Shown here: positions 1 through 26,088 of the stretch, piece after piece
How positions within the stretch are numbered: position 1 is the first letter of the stretch
Layout: every line of letters starts with the position of its first letter
Source of the DNA: Salpingoeca rosetta
Lineage: Eukaryota > Protista > Choanoflagellata
DNA length: 64,000 nucleotides
NCBI GenBank assembly: GCA_033442325.1
Contig: JAWQFM010000010.1
Location: 1,331,545-1,395,544, forward strand
Direction of reading: 5' to 3'
Notes under the pieces: model-generated
The model's input: only the letters and a program-made list of their open reading frames with translations
Database searches by the model: none
What the model was told of the DNA's origin: nothing
Made by a program: the position numbers and the translations under genes

Positions 1-1212
<1,212 letters not shown>

Positions 1213-1312
1213 NNNNNNNNNNNNNNNNNNNNNNNNNNNNNNNNNNNNNNNNNNNNNNNNNNNNNNNNNNNNNNNNNNNNNNNNNNNNNNNNNNNNNNNN
1301 NNNNNNNNNNNN
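1213..1312. other. Assembly gap (100 N)
   Basis: Run of N. Confidence 1.
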
Positions 1313-1363
1313 GTCAAAGCATGCGTGCAGTTGTGCGCCAGGACACTCTAGCGGAAAACGTAC

Positions 1364-8147
<6,784 letters not shown>

Positions 8148-8322
8148 CTTTGTCACGACGCGACGAAATTCTGTAATGATTCCAACAACTCTTCCACAAC
8201 AGTCACCAACAAGGTCGAGCGAGACAAGCGAAAGACAAAAAGGTGGACACACACACAGACACACACACAGACACACACACACACTGACACAGACACACAC
8301 GCAGACACACACACACATACTG

Positions 8323-8353
<31 letters not shown>

Positions 8354-8433
8354 GGCACAACCCAAAGCTCAAAGATAGTGATGTGATACCCTCGGTACGT
8401 CACGTTCAGCTCCACTCCACATGCTTGCTTGGT

Positions 8434-11400
8434 TCAAGGCTGCTCCTTTGTAACATCAAAGTCTGTCACTTGGCTCTCGTCGTTCAGGAATAGCGTCCTG
8501 CAGAATCACCAAAGCACAACAGCAGCACACCGTGAGCATTCATGCGCAGCAACAGATGGTGTCGCTCACATGCAGCAACCACACCAAAGAACACTCGACA
8601 AAGCAAGCGAATCCAAAGGAGGTGCAAAGCAGTCGGTCATAAAGCCCCCTCCCCGTCCCAAACAAAACACACGCACGCACACGCACACGCACGCAAACCT
8701 ACCCGTCAGCGTTGGTGCTCTGGGCGTTGGTGCGTGCCGCAGGCATTGGTGTGCCTGTTGCGGACTGGTGGCTAGACGATGGGTTCTTGGTCAGCGTGGA
8801 GGAGAAGACAGCAGAGTTGTCTGCCTCCAGCCGCTCCTGTCGAATCTGCGCGCCGAGCCGTCGCACCTGCGAACCAAGCCCGCTCAGGCGCGGGTCATAA
8901 CCGGACGACGTCATGCTGGTGTTGCCGTGCAGGCCACTGCCGCCACCGCCACCGCCACCGCCTGTCGTGTTCATCAGCAGCGACTGATCGCGCGCCCTGT
9001 CCAGCACACGCATGCTGCGGTCCTGGGCCTCGAGGTGCCGCTGCAGGTCAGTGGCCAGACGGGACTGGTCACGCCGCGTGCGCGACTCCAGCGAGCGCTT
9101 CTGCATCTGCAGCTTGGCAATGTCGTCCTCCAGCGCGGCCACGCGCTTCTTCAGCGTCACCACCTGCCGCTCCTTCTCGCGCACCGCAGACACCTGCTGC
9201 ATCAGCTGCGACTGCAGGTTCTTGCTCACCTCCCGCTGCCGGCTCGTCTCGCGGTCCGCCTTGGCCTTGTCCTCGTTGAGCTGCCGCAGGTTGGCGTCCA
9301 TGCTCACCAGCGCCTCCCGCTCCTTGGCGTGCCGCGCCTTGAGCACCTCAATCTGCCGCTCCAGGTCCGCAATCACGGCCGCGTTGTTGCGCTTCTCCCT
9401 GTTCGCCTGCGCCTTCTGCTGCAGGTTCTGCTGCTGCGCGCGCTCCAGCTCGCGCCGCTGCTCGTCAACCTCCCGCCGAAGCACCTCCACCTCGTACGCC
9501 GTGTTGCGGTGCCGCTGCTGCGCTGCCTCGTGCTCGGTCAGCTGCCCGCTCGCCTGCTCAAGCTCCCCGCGCATGCGTGCCACGTCCTCCTTCAGCTTGT
9601 CCTCGCTGTCCCGCGCGCGCTCCAGGTCCGCCTGTACGGCGCTGAGCAGCGACGACACGTGGTCCAGCTCGCCCTGCTTGTTGCGCGCCTGCGCCGTGGT
9701 CTCCGTCACCTCTGCGTTGAGGCGGGCCACCTCGCGCGACGCGTACGACGCCTCCTCCTCCGCCTTCTCCCGGCGACTCGTCTCCGCCTGCAGCGCCTGC
9801 TTCAGCCCGTCACGCTCCACAGCGGCAGCAGCGTGCTCTCCGCGCACCCTGTCCAGCACGGCCTCCGTGTCGCGCAGCTGCCCGCGCATGTCGCTGATGC
9901 GGTCCTGCGCCTCGTACAGCTCCGCCCGCAGCCCTTCCATCTGCTTGTGGAAGTTCTGCTTCTCCGTGGAGAACCCTTGCTTGACAGAGTCCAGCACGGC
10001 GCTCAACTGCGCCTGGTTGGCGGTGGCGGCGGCGGCCTGGTCACCGAGCTCCTCCTGCAGCGCCGTGATGCGCGCACGAAGATCGCCGTTCTCCCGCTCG
10101 AGCGCCTCGGCCCGCTCCGTCGTCGTGCTCAGCCGCGTTTCCAGCGCAGCCGCGTTGTTCTTCCCCGCGCGCTCGTTGGACTGCAGCCGCGACACCTGCT
10201 CCTCCTTGGCTGCCACGTCCTCGCGCAGCTGGTCCACCTGCTCCCGGTAGTCCCCCGCCGCCTTCTCCAGCTCCCGCACGCGCGCCTCCAGCGCGTCCCG
10301 CTGCTGCGCCGTGTCCGAGAACGTGCGCGCGATGGTGCGCAGCTGCTCCACGGGCTCCTTCGCCTGCGCGTCCCCAGCGGGCTGCTTGCGCGTGACCTCG
10401 TCAAAGTACCGCCGCACGCTGTCGCGCAGGGCCTGCAGCTCGGCCCCAAACTCCGACCGCTCCGCCTCGCTGCGTCGCAGGTCATCTTCCAGCTTCTCCA
10501 CCTCGGCCGCGTGCCGTGTGCGCAGTGTGGCCATCTCCGTGCTCGTCTCGTCCGTCAGGCGCGTGGACGCCGCCTTGGTGTCCTGCAGCTGTGCGGTCAG
10601 GCGCTCCACGTCCTGCTTCAGCGCATCCCGCTCCTCAACAAGGCGCCCCACCTTCCGCTGCAGGGCTGCCTCCGTGTCCGCGCGGTGCTGCCGCTCGCGC
10701 ATCACGTTCTCGTCGTGCGCCTCTCGCTCCCGCGCCAGCTCAGACTCCAGCTGCGCACGCGTCGACGTCAGCTCCCGCTGCAGCGCCTGTGCACGCAGCT
10801 CAAGCGCCGCCTTTGCCTCCTGGGCCTCCTCCAGTGCACGCGACTGCCGCGTGTTGGCGGCACTCAGCTCGCGCGACTCTGCGCCGTGCTGCGCCTTGAG
10901 GTGCGACACCTCCGCGTCCAGCTGTTCCACGTTGCGCCGCAGCCGGTCGCCAGCCTCCTTGAAGGTCTTCCGCTCCTCCTCAAACGCCTCGCGCGCCGAC
11001 GCCAGCTCTTCCTCCTTGAGGTCCAGTGCCGTTGCAAACGCCTGGGCGCGGTCCTGCTGGGCAGCGGTGTCCGCCTGTGCCGCGGCAATGTCGTGCTGCA
11101 GCTGTTCCACCTCGCGTGCGTGGCGTGTCTTCATGGCCTCCACCATCTCCTGCAAGTGGGCCACGTCGCGCTCGTGCTCCTGCTGCTGCCGCTCACGCTC
11201 ATCAAGCGCTTGCTCCTGCTCCTGCTGCAGGCGCCGCTGCAGGGAGTCCACCTCTGCCGCAAGCTCCTTCTCCCGTTCTGACAGTTCCTTCTCCCGCTTG
11301 GCGAGGCCCTGCACGGTGTCGTAGGCCTCCTGCAGCGCGTCGCCCTGCTTCTGCAGCTCCTGTTCGTGGCGCCGCAGCACGCCCACCATCTCCTCCTCGT

Positions 11401-14400
11401 GGCTCTTCTCCAGCTCCTCGTACTGCTTCTCGTGTGCGTCGCGCATGTTCCTGAACTCGCCCATGAGCCGCGTAATCTCCTTGTCCTTCTCCCTGCTCGT
11501 CTCCTCCTGCCGCTGCAGCTGCTGCTCAAGTGCACGGCACTCCCGCACCAGCGCCTCGGAGCTGCTGTCCACCATCCCCTGCAGCCGCGTGACCTCCTGC
11601 TCGTGCTGCTCCTTCTCCCGCTGCAGCACCTCCTGCAGGCCCTGCACCTCCGCCTCAAAGTTGGCTTCCAGCTCCAGCGCCCGCCCATGGTTGTCCTCTG
11701 TTGCCGCCTGCAGCCGTGCGACATTTGCCTCTGCAATGCGCAGCTGCGCCTCCACCTCGTCCCGCTGCCGCGCCGTGTTCTCGGCCTCAACCTCAAGCTC
11801 CAGCATGCGCTTGTACAGGCTGTCCTCGCTCGCGTCGTGCGCGGCGGCCAGCTCCTGCAAGCGCGTCTTCTGCCGCGCATGTAGCTCCTCCGTGTGGCGC
11901 ATGAGGTCGCGAAGCTCCTCCTGGTGCCGCCGTTCCTGCTCAACCATGTGCTGCTTCAGCCCCGTCAGCGCCGAGCTCGAGTCTGATGTGCTCCCCAGCG
12001 CGCCGCGGGCCTGCGCGATAACGCTCGCAGCGCCCACGACCTCGGGTGCGCGGTGTGGCGAGCGGTTGATGGCTGCACGCGCCGGTGCCAGTCGCTGCGA
12101 CGACGACGGGCTGAGCGTGTGCATGGAGTGGGCGCTGCGTGGCCGCGTTGGTGACGAGGTGGGGATGGCAGTGGAGACAGCATCGCCACGCGGCACAGAC
12201 GCCTGCACGCCGCGAATGTGCTCCATGCAGCGCTCCACCTTGGTCTTTGTGCTTGCGTCGGGCGTTGTTCCTGCGGCGCGCTCGAGGTCACGCAGGATGC
12301 GGTCGAGCTCGTCGTGCAGCGCCTCCTTTGCATCCGTCATTGCAGCCAGCCGGTGCTCTGCAGACGGTGGCGGTTGGGTTTGGTTTGGTCGCGGGGGGGG
12401 GGGGCGGTAGGTGGGGAGAGGAAAGGAGAGCGAGTGAGTGAGTGAGTGAGTGAGTGTGTGAGTGAGTGAGTGAGTGAGTGTGTGAGTGAGTGAGTGAGTG
12501 AGTGAGTGAGTGAGTGAGTGAGTGAGTGAGTGAGTGAGTGAGTGAGTGAGTGAGTGAGTGAGTGAGTGAGTGAGTGAGTGAGTGAGTGAGTGAGTGAGTG
12601 AGTGAGTGAGTGAGTGAGTGAGTGCGTGAGTGACAATGAGGTTGTTAGCGACCCATGCAGCGCGCGTGCAATGTGAAAGCGAGCACGTACCCAGGTCTGA
12701 GATGAGCTGGGAGTTCTCAACCTCCAGCATCTTGAGCGTCTCGTCGTACTCCTGACCCTGCTTCATCAGCTGCTGGTCAAGCTCGTTCAGCTGGGCACAG
12801 TATCACAGCAGCGCAGAGGTTGCAGAAGGAGGTGTTGTGTGTGAATGATTCAATGGCTGCATGACTGGGTGTGGAGGAACACTTGAGTGGATGTGTATGT
12901 AAGGGCGCGTTTGAAAAGGTGTTTCTGTGCGATGAAAGACAATGGCACGGCGTGATGTGCAAGTGACAAGACAACAATTAGCAAAGCGACACGGGAGCTG
13001 CATGCGTGAACAACACTTCCATCACTCACACACCCAACCTGCTCATCAAATGCAGTCTTGTCGTGGGCGTGCACGTCCCTGGCGTGTTGCAGCTCCTCCT
13101 TGAGTGCATCTGGTTGCATGGGAAGTGCGAGACCGTGTGTGTGTGTGTATGTGTGTGCGTGCATGTATGTGTGTGTGTGTGTGAAGGGGGGGGGGTGCAA
13201 CGCAATGCGAGGCACAGGCATATTCAAAAGCACGCGAGAAGCATACGGGCGCACACAAGGCAAACTGCCAGCACACTCAGTTGCCGCACCGTTGTCGGCC
13301 TCGACGTCATTGAGCTTTGAGATGAGGACGCGGGCTGCGTTGATGCTGCTCATGCCTTCCTGCACGCCGAGGACATTTCGCAGCGTATCGAGCTCTCCAC
13401 TGCAGCATGCAGCAGAGCAGACGCAGTGGCCATGGGCAATTGTAGTGTGCGTTCAACATGTGCACATGTGTGTGCGTGCGTGTGCGTGTGAAGGGATTCA
13501 TAGCCGTAAGAATCAGCATACGTGAACAAAATGGCGCGCAAGTGCACACACAGACACGCATACGCACGCACACACACACACACACGCACACACACACACA
13601 CACACAAACAAACAAAACACGGCTTATTCGCAGCATGGCACGACGTACATTGCTTCATCAAGCTCGCCCTCGGTCTTGATGACTTTGTCCGTGAGCTCCT
13701 GGCACGTCTGGTACATCACCACGAGCTGAAGACAGCGCAGCAAGTGGCGATGAAGCACGGTAAATTGGAGGCGTAGAAGCACTTTGGAGGTGTTGCACGC
13801 GAGAGCAAAGCGTGACGGCCAAGCACGCGTACATGTGCACATGAACGTGTTTGCGCGCACTTTGCACACACACACATGTAAAACACATGAGCATGCACGC
13901 ATGTACACAGACACTTCGCATACACACGCATGCACACACGCACACACATACGCACACGCACACACACACACACACACCTGCCGCCATGTTGGTGCCTCTG
14001 GTGGGACGTCGAGCTTTTGGAGATAGTCGATGATGATGTGCATGTTCTTGTGCAGCTCTTTCTCCTGTGGCGAGTTGAGTTGAGGTGGAGGTGGTCACGA
14101 AGGCGGTGAGAATTGAGGAAAAACATGAGAGGATGTGTGTGACGTGTGTTCGAGTGCAAAACGGTGTGCTGACAACCCAAAGCGTTGTCGATCATGGTGT
14201 GTGTGTGTATGCTTGAGAGGTATGGGAGACGTGGTGTGCAGATGTACAGCACCTTTGCCCGGGATTCAGTGGCGAAGACAAACTCCTCCTTGCGTCGCTT
14301 TGGAAGGCGCACGTGCTCATCGCTGTTGCCACACGGCAAACGGGTGGGCGAAGGCCAGTTGAGAGGGGAAGGGGAAGGGGAAACAGGTGAGTGGGATGGT

Positions 14401-16313
14401 GCATCACAAGTAAATGCAGATGAACTTGCGGATGCACACAGACAAAGACACACACACATACGCAGACACACGACAACACACAGACACAGACGACAGCACA
14501 GCACGCACAGACACAGACACAGACACATGGACGTACCGCCTGTGTTCGCGGACGGCGGTGAGGCAGGCGTTGAGCCACTGGATCTCCTCGTGCATGTGGT
14601 CCACCGTCTTGAGCAGCTGCGGGCGGTTCATCTTCGCATACTCCTGAGCACGCACGTGCACACACACACACATGGCAAGTGTGAATTAGCGCACATGAGG
14701 GAAGGAGAACTGAAACAAGCATGCGCATATACATGTTTCCCACGCAATGCAGGTCTCTCACAACATGCAGAGTGCAAAGCAAGTTTGTACTTGACATCAC
14801 GACTGCGACCAGCACCACTCATAAATACAACCGCCACAATGAATTCGACTGCTGCCGCTACAACTGCTTCCATCACCACCATCACCACGTGTCCACCACT
14901 ACCGCGTGGTCATGACCAAGCAATGTGTTCCATCTAACCGCGTCGAGACCAACCCTGCTGTCATCCAGGTTGTCCGCCCTGTTGCCCGTTGCAGACGGTG
15001 GGCGCCACGGCCGCCGGTGCTTGTCGGCGGAGGTTGGACGCGAAGGCGTGCCAGGCGCCCCCGTGTCCATGGCGGCTGCTGACGCGGTCGCTGCCGCGCG
15101 CTTGCGCAGGTGCGCAACCTCCTTTTCCCGCGCAGAGAGCTCGCTGCTCAGGCGAACCGTCTCGTCGTTGAGCTCGGCCACGTGCGCCTGCAGCTCCTGG
15201 ATGGTGGACTGCGCCTCCGTCGCGTACTTGCGCATGTCCTCGTCGTGCTCCGCGGTGAGCGACTCAACCTGCTGCTGCAGCTGCGCCACGAGGCGTGCTG
15301 TCTCCTCGTTGCGCTCGTCAAGCGCGGATCCAGACTCGTCTTCGTTGTCCTGCGCGGTGTCGTGGTGCGTTGCGGCTGCTGCCGCGTGCGTCTCCTCCAT
15401 ATCGGCGATGGTCTGGAGCGCGGCGTTGAGTTTCGAGGTGAGGTCCGCCTCACGGTCCCTGGCCTGGCGCAGCTGGTCCTGGAGTTGCGCCACGCTGCTG
15501 TCCATGCTGGCGTTGGCGTCGCCCGTGCTTGGGGTGGCTGGCTCGCTGCCGCTGCCGCTGTCGTTGGCACCGGCATTTGCGTTGTTGAGCTGGTCAAACA
15601 CGGTGGAGAGGTCGCTCTCCAGGTCCTTGACGGCGTCATGCAGACGCGCGTTCTCCTGCTCCAGCTCACTGGCGCGCTCCTCGGCGACAGCCACCATGTG
15701 CATGAGCTCTTCCTTCTCATGCTTCAGGCGCTGGTTTTCTTCCTGCGCCAGGGTGAGATTGTCCTCCATGCGGTTCTTCTCATCCTGCACGATCTTGAGG
15801 TCCTCGAACCTCACCCATTCCGGGACGCCTGTGCCGTCGTTCTCGTCCTTGTGATGCGCGACGCCGTTGGCGATGGGCGCCTCTGTTGAGTGGCCAGCGG
15901 TGGTCACGACATTCAGTGTGCGTCAGGATGCGTGTGTGCATGTGTGTGTGAGGGTGGATATGGGTGTGAGCGTGTGAGGGTGTGTGTGAGGATGTGCAGT
16001 GTGTGAGGATGTGCTGTGTGTGAGGATGTGTCTGTGTGTGAGGATGTGCTGTGTGTATACGTGTATGTGTGTGTATGTGTGTGACGATGTGCGTGTGCGC
16101 TTGGTGTGTGCGGATGTGTATGTGTGCAGGAGGCATTTTGCTCGCTCAAAGCACTGGCGCGCCAGTGTGCATGACAGCTTGGGAGCGCGGCAACGTGCAT
16201 GTTACAACACAAAAAGGAAGCTTTCTTGAACAAGAAGTGACATGGGTCCTTGGGGCCCACATGCATGTGCGTGTGTACGACTCACCTTCCTCAAGGCGCT
16301 CGCTGCGATCCAT
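8434..16313 (-). CDS. Very large coiled-coil protein (~1900 aa) of unknown family, possibly centrosomal or cytoskeletal
   Basis: First exon MDRSERLEE (ATG 16313). Long heptad-rich E/Q/R/L exons at ~14945-15910 and 8704-12357, with small exons between. Last exon TLFLNDESQVTDFDVTKEQP*, stop at 8434-8436. Confidence 0.8.
12432..12622 (+). repeat. (TGAG)n tetranucleotide microsatellite, intronic
   Basis: Near-perfect repeat that produces the LTHS run in ORF 8699..12766. Confidence 0.95.
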
Positions 16314-16778
16314 CCTTCACCCTTTGCTTCCCAGTGAACACGCACACCAAGTCCGAGCAAGCAAGGTGCGGCAAAACAAACAGCAAGCAGCGCAAAAGCA
16401 GTACGCAAAGGAGAAGAGGTGCGGGTGTTGTTGTTGTTGGGAAGAAGACGCAGAGGGACAACAAGAACAAGAAAAATAACGAGTATCACAAATGAAATTC
16501 TTGCCATACAACCAAGACAAGAATAGAGAGCAAGACAAAGGTTGGTTGAAGAGACAGGACTTTTGCTGGACTGTGTGGCTGTGGCGGCTCTGCTCTGACG
16601 GTCCTCGTTGGCACTTCGCTTCACCCATTTCTCTTCTGTTGCCACAACTTGCTTGCTTGCAGGTGACCGCGTTCACCGGCACCCCATAAGTGCAATTGCT
16701 TTGTGTCTCAAACACACACACACACGCACACATGCACACGCACACACACCACACGCACACACACACACACAGATTGCC

Positions 16779-19135
<2,357 letters not shown>

Positions 19136-19315
19136 CACTCGGCAGCGGGCGCGGGCATGTGTGTGATTGTGTGCTTGGACGTGTGTGTGTGTATGTGTGT
19201 GATTGTGTGCTTGTGAGAGTGTGTGTTGCATGCGTGTTGGGCACAGCGTGACCGGTTTAATTGACTTGATTTTCAGTCATCGTGAGAATGAACGATAATT
19301 CAACAGCAGGAATGC

Positions 19316-19358
<43 letters not shown>

Positions 19359-19422
19359 ACACACACACATACACAAATGCAGGCATACGTCGTATAGCAT
19401 CACATTGCACTAGAGACTGGTG

Positions 19423-19675
19423 CTACGCGACTCTCTCAAGGACGGCATAAAAGATGGGCCCCCACTGCGTTGAGTCGGGGAGGATATGCACGCCATACTT
19501 GGTCTTGTCACCAACAACGGGCTCTTGCGGTTGCACCACCTGCAGGCATGTAGGCAGTATGTGTGTGTGGAAGAGTTGTGTGTCAGACTGGTAATTGTGG
19601 TGCTTGAAACTACACATGTTGACAGGCTAGGGATGTAAGTAGACAAAGAAGATACAAGGACAGGTCCGCACACAC

Positions 19676-19714
<39 letters not shown>

Positions 19715-19740
19715 CAGACACACACACAGACACACACACA

Positions 19741-19776
<36 letters not shown>

Positions 19777-20421
19777 TTCCGACCTTGATCTGGTCCTTCC
19801 TGCGCTTGAGGACGCGGTGGATGACGCGGTCGTTCTCGTATCCGGAGAGCGCGCACGTGCTGTACACGATCCGCCCGCCAACCTGAACGGCCGCATTCGG
19901 TTGGAGGGGGAGATGGTGGGCGAGGTTGCAGGGAGGATGAGGGAAGGCGGCACTGTAAGAGCAGGATATCATTGCTGGATAGACACACACACACACAGCC
20001 GAACACACACACACACACAGACAGACGCACAGACGCACAGACACACAGGCATACAGACATACACACACTGACACACACACACACACACGCACACAAACGA
20101 AAGAGGAGCCACCATGGCATACACGAACACATGTACAAAGACTGATGCATACCCTGACAATGTCGATGGCTGCGACGAGCATATCCTCCTGTCGCTTTGC
20201 GTTCTGTTTGATGCGGCTACCAGACCACTCCTTCAGCTGCTTTGACTCCTCCAACACGTGCTGCACATGTTGTCTACATGTGTGTGCGCGCGTCCATATC
20301 CACAGTTCGAATTAACCGTATTCCTTGACTTGGGGGGGGGGGTAGAGACTTCTTTTCGAGATTGAGCAACCGCCAAGTGTACCTACACAGGAACACACAG
20401 GCGCAGGCCTTCTCACACACA

Positions 20422-20472
<51 letters not shown>

Positions 20473-20642
20473 CGATCAGAAGAGCAAGGGGCATCAAGGA
20501 GGATCTTGTCAAATGCATTCTGCTCAAAGCGGTTCCACCTGGAGTGATGCAGCAGCACATGAGGTTGGGGGGGGTGCGGGCGGTGGCAGACGAGCGAATG
20601 ATGAACAAAACCACAAAGTGGAGCCACTTGGAAATACACACA

Positions 20643-20685
<43 letters not shown>

Positions 20686-21342
20686 ACACACACACGCACT
20701 CACACATACACATACATACACATACACACACATCAGCACACGCATGCGTACTTTGCACCGTCGTGGCCCGTGACCTGAACACACGCGGCATGGATGTGTG
20801 CGGGGATGTACTCTCTCAACACTCGGCCAAGGCGAGCGCGCCGAGCAGCAGACCTGAGGACAGGGGTGTGGGTGTTGCCGATGACAATGATAGCGTGTGA
20901 GGTTCATGATCAGCACAACGTGGTCAGTGGAACAGTGCACGACGTTGTCGTAGTCTTTTGAAGCGACAGAATGAATGCACATTGCGTGCAAGGCAGAGTA
21001 GACATGTGGAAAGTGCACAACGCACGGGTCATTGGACGTCAGGAGGCCTCTGTCTCCCAAGTGTTCCGCCAGAATGAGAGACTTGCCACCAGGCGCTGCA
21101 CACATGTCGAGGACGCAGTCGCCCTCTGTCACATGCCGCGAAAGAGAAAGGGAAGGGAGGGGAGGGGGATGCGCACGTGCGTGAATTAGGCGTCGCTATT
21201 GGCGAGCACACTCAGAAGACCCACTGGTTGGCTGGCATGAGTTGCGTGCCCATTGGAAGCGGGGTGCATTCACACGTACACATCAACACAGGCAGGCAGA
21301 CAGACAGGTAGACAGGCAAGCACAGACAGACAGACAGGCGGG

Positions 21343-21412
<70 letters not shown>

Positions 21413-21467
21413 CACAGACAGACAGACACACAGACAGACAGACAGACAGGCAGACAGGCAGGCAGGC

Positions 21468-21565
<98 letters not shown>

Positions 21566-21932
21566 TCGACGTCGAGGGCAAGCGCTGGGAATATGCTGGC
21601 GCCGTCCATGAGATAGTAGGGCATGAGCCCGCTCTCTGCCATGGGCTGTGGCGGCTCAAAGTGTGGGGCGACGAAGCAGTCCGGCAGCCCTTGCACGGGC
21701 TTGGCATCGTCTGGCAAGTATGTGAGCGCCTCATCCCGTGCGAAGCCGTTGAGTCGTGCAACATGCTGCACCGGCGCCTTCAAGCACTCCCGCAACTTTG
21801 CCCACCTGCAGATGTGATATGCAGCGTGTGTGTGCGTGTGTGTGCGTGTGTGTGTGCGTGTGTGTGTGCGTGTGTGCGTGCGTGTGTGTGTGTGTGCGTG
21901 TGTGCGTGCGTGTGTGCGTGCGTGTGTGTGTG

Positions 21933-22005
<73 letters not shown>

Positions 22006-22132
22006 TGTGCGTGTGTGTGTATGTGTGTGTGAGTGTGTGTGTGTGTTCGTGCACACACTTCAGTTGAAGCTACCTGTCGCCGAAGATGGCCTGGTAGTGT
22101 TTTTCAAACACCACGGCACCGCGTGGAGGCAT
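19423..22132 (-). CDS. RsmB/NOL1/NOP2/Sun-family RNA m5C methyltransferase, NSUN3/NSUN4-like
   Basis: ATG 22132 ([21 protein letters not shown]). Motifs [71 protein letters not shown]. Confidence 0.92.
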
Positions 22133-22383
22133 GATCTTTGTCTTTGTATGCGAGTGTGAGTGTGTGTGTGTGTGTGTGTGTGCGAGAGAGAGAGTGTGTG
22201 TGTGTGTCTGTGCGAGTGTGAGAGAGAGTGTGTGTGCGGGTGATGTAGGGAGGACAGTGATGTGACCACGTGTTGTTGCTTTGTTGTTGTCGTATTGGCG
22301 ATTTGTGGGCACGCATTTCACGGCAATTGCGCACACCTTCGTCTCTCTCTCTCCAAACACAAGACAGGCGACAGACAACAGTG

Positions 22384-24252
<1,869 letters not shown>

Positions 24253-24322
24253 TTGCTGATGGCCATTGTTTGATTTCGCTCGCTCTTAGCTGCAGTGTGT
24301 GGATGTGTGTATGTGAGTGTGC

Positions 24323-24361
<39 letters not shown>

Positions 24362-24778
24362 GGTGTTGCGTGCGTGCGTGTGCGTGCATGTGCGTGCGTG
24401 CGTGCGTGTGTGTTTGCGTGCGTGCGTGTGCGTGCGTGCGTGTGTGTGTGTGCGCGTGCGTGTGTGTATGTGTGTGCGTGTGTGCGCCTGTTACATTTGC
24501 GCGTGCGTGCTGTCCGCTTGTGCGTGTGTGGTTTGATACTAAACAAGTTCTCGGTCGTTTATCGCAATGTCATAGCCTTATCAAGCACCACTTTAAGCCT
24601 GTGGTGCCCCTTCCTTGTTCAGATCCACCAACCCACCGTGCACGCATTCAGTCATTTAACCATTACCAACTCACAGAGCAAACCATTTCCACCAGCATCA
24701 ACCAGCATCACCCAAGCAAGCCAACACCAAGCAAACCATACCCCCCCCCCGGCTCAAGTACACACACCACCTCCAATG

Positions 24779-25804
24779 CTATGCGGCCGTCTGCTGTGCG
24801 GCGTCATACAGCTCGCGAGCAATCACACGCTGCAGTGACACGTGTGCAGCAAACGCCAGCGTGCACAGCGCGCCGGTCAGGGCAAAGAGGTGGGAGAAGG
24901 TGAGCCGACCAACCATGGTGAGGAAGACCACGACCATGAAGTTGAGGGGCACGCGGAAGATGTTGATGATGCTCGCGCGCTCCGTTTCCGGCAGCAGCTC
25001 GCTGCGCAGCGTGCCGAGCCCTGCGCGTGCAGTTGGGGACAGGAGATGATGCATGTTCGTACGTGCATGTGAATAGTGAATATGTGTTAATATGTGTGTT
25101 TGCGGGTGTCCATGCGTGTGAACACGTGTGAATGTGTGCGTGAGTGCGTGCGTGTGTGTGTGCATACTTTTGTGTGCAGTGGTGAGCAGCTGCTTGCAGA
25201 ACAAGCGACGAGCGTGCACACATGCAAACAGGGTGCCCACGCCACAAACAATCCCACATTGCCCCCTCCCCCTCCGTTTACCTGGGAAGACAACACCGCA
25301 GCAGGCCTCGAAGACAATGAAGAAGACAAGGGCAGCGCTGCGGCTCTCAACAGCGGCGGCGCCAAAGAGACAGACCGCTGCCGTGGCGAACGCATAGCCA
25401 ACCGTCTGCATCACAGGCACAGACTTGGAAATGGAGAAACGGAAGGCACAGCTGGCGACGGATGATCGTGATGATTTGTGTGTGTGTGTGTGTGTTGAGG
25501 CAGCGTGAGCGGTGCAGTGCATGCATCATACACACATTTACACAATGCACTTCACAGCCACAGAACACGCACACAGAGTACACTAACAATACGCACACAT
25601 GACATGCCACACCTGCCGGCCATGATGGCGAGCATGAATGTGCCGAAGATGACGCCGAGCGGCGGATGGACGTCCACATCGCGCGGATCGAGGACAGGCG
25701 TCCACATGAACACGAACATGTACATGGCGGCCTCAAACGTCGCCTGCACAGCGCCAAGCAGCAGGATCTTGCGCGAGGAGAAGATGGTGCGCACGCTGGC
25801 GGCG

Positions 25805-25894
<90 letters not shown>

Positions 25895-26029
25895 GTGGTG
25901 GTTATCTGTGAGGCTTGAGGTATTGGTGCCGTGCAACTTCAGAGAGCAACGACACAATCAAACGGAAGGCACAGATTGATGACAAACGAACCAGAGGCAG
26001 ATCAGCAGCAAGGATTGACACACGTGCAC

Positions 26030-26088
<59 letters not shown>

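Noticed and set aside
8429-11281. 950-aa + strand ORF and other long overlapping ORFs
   Set aside because: Antisense shadows of a GC-rich coiled-coil exon with biased codons; no recognisable domain
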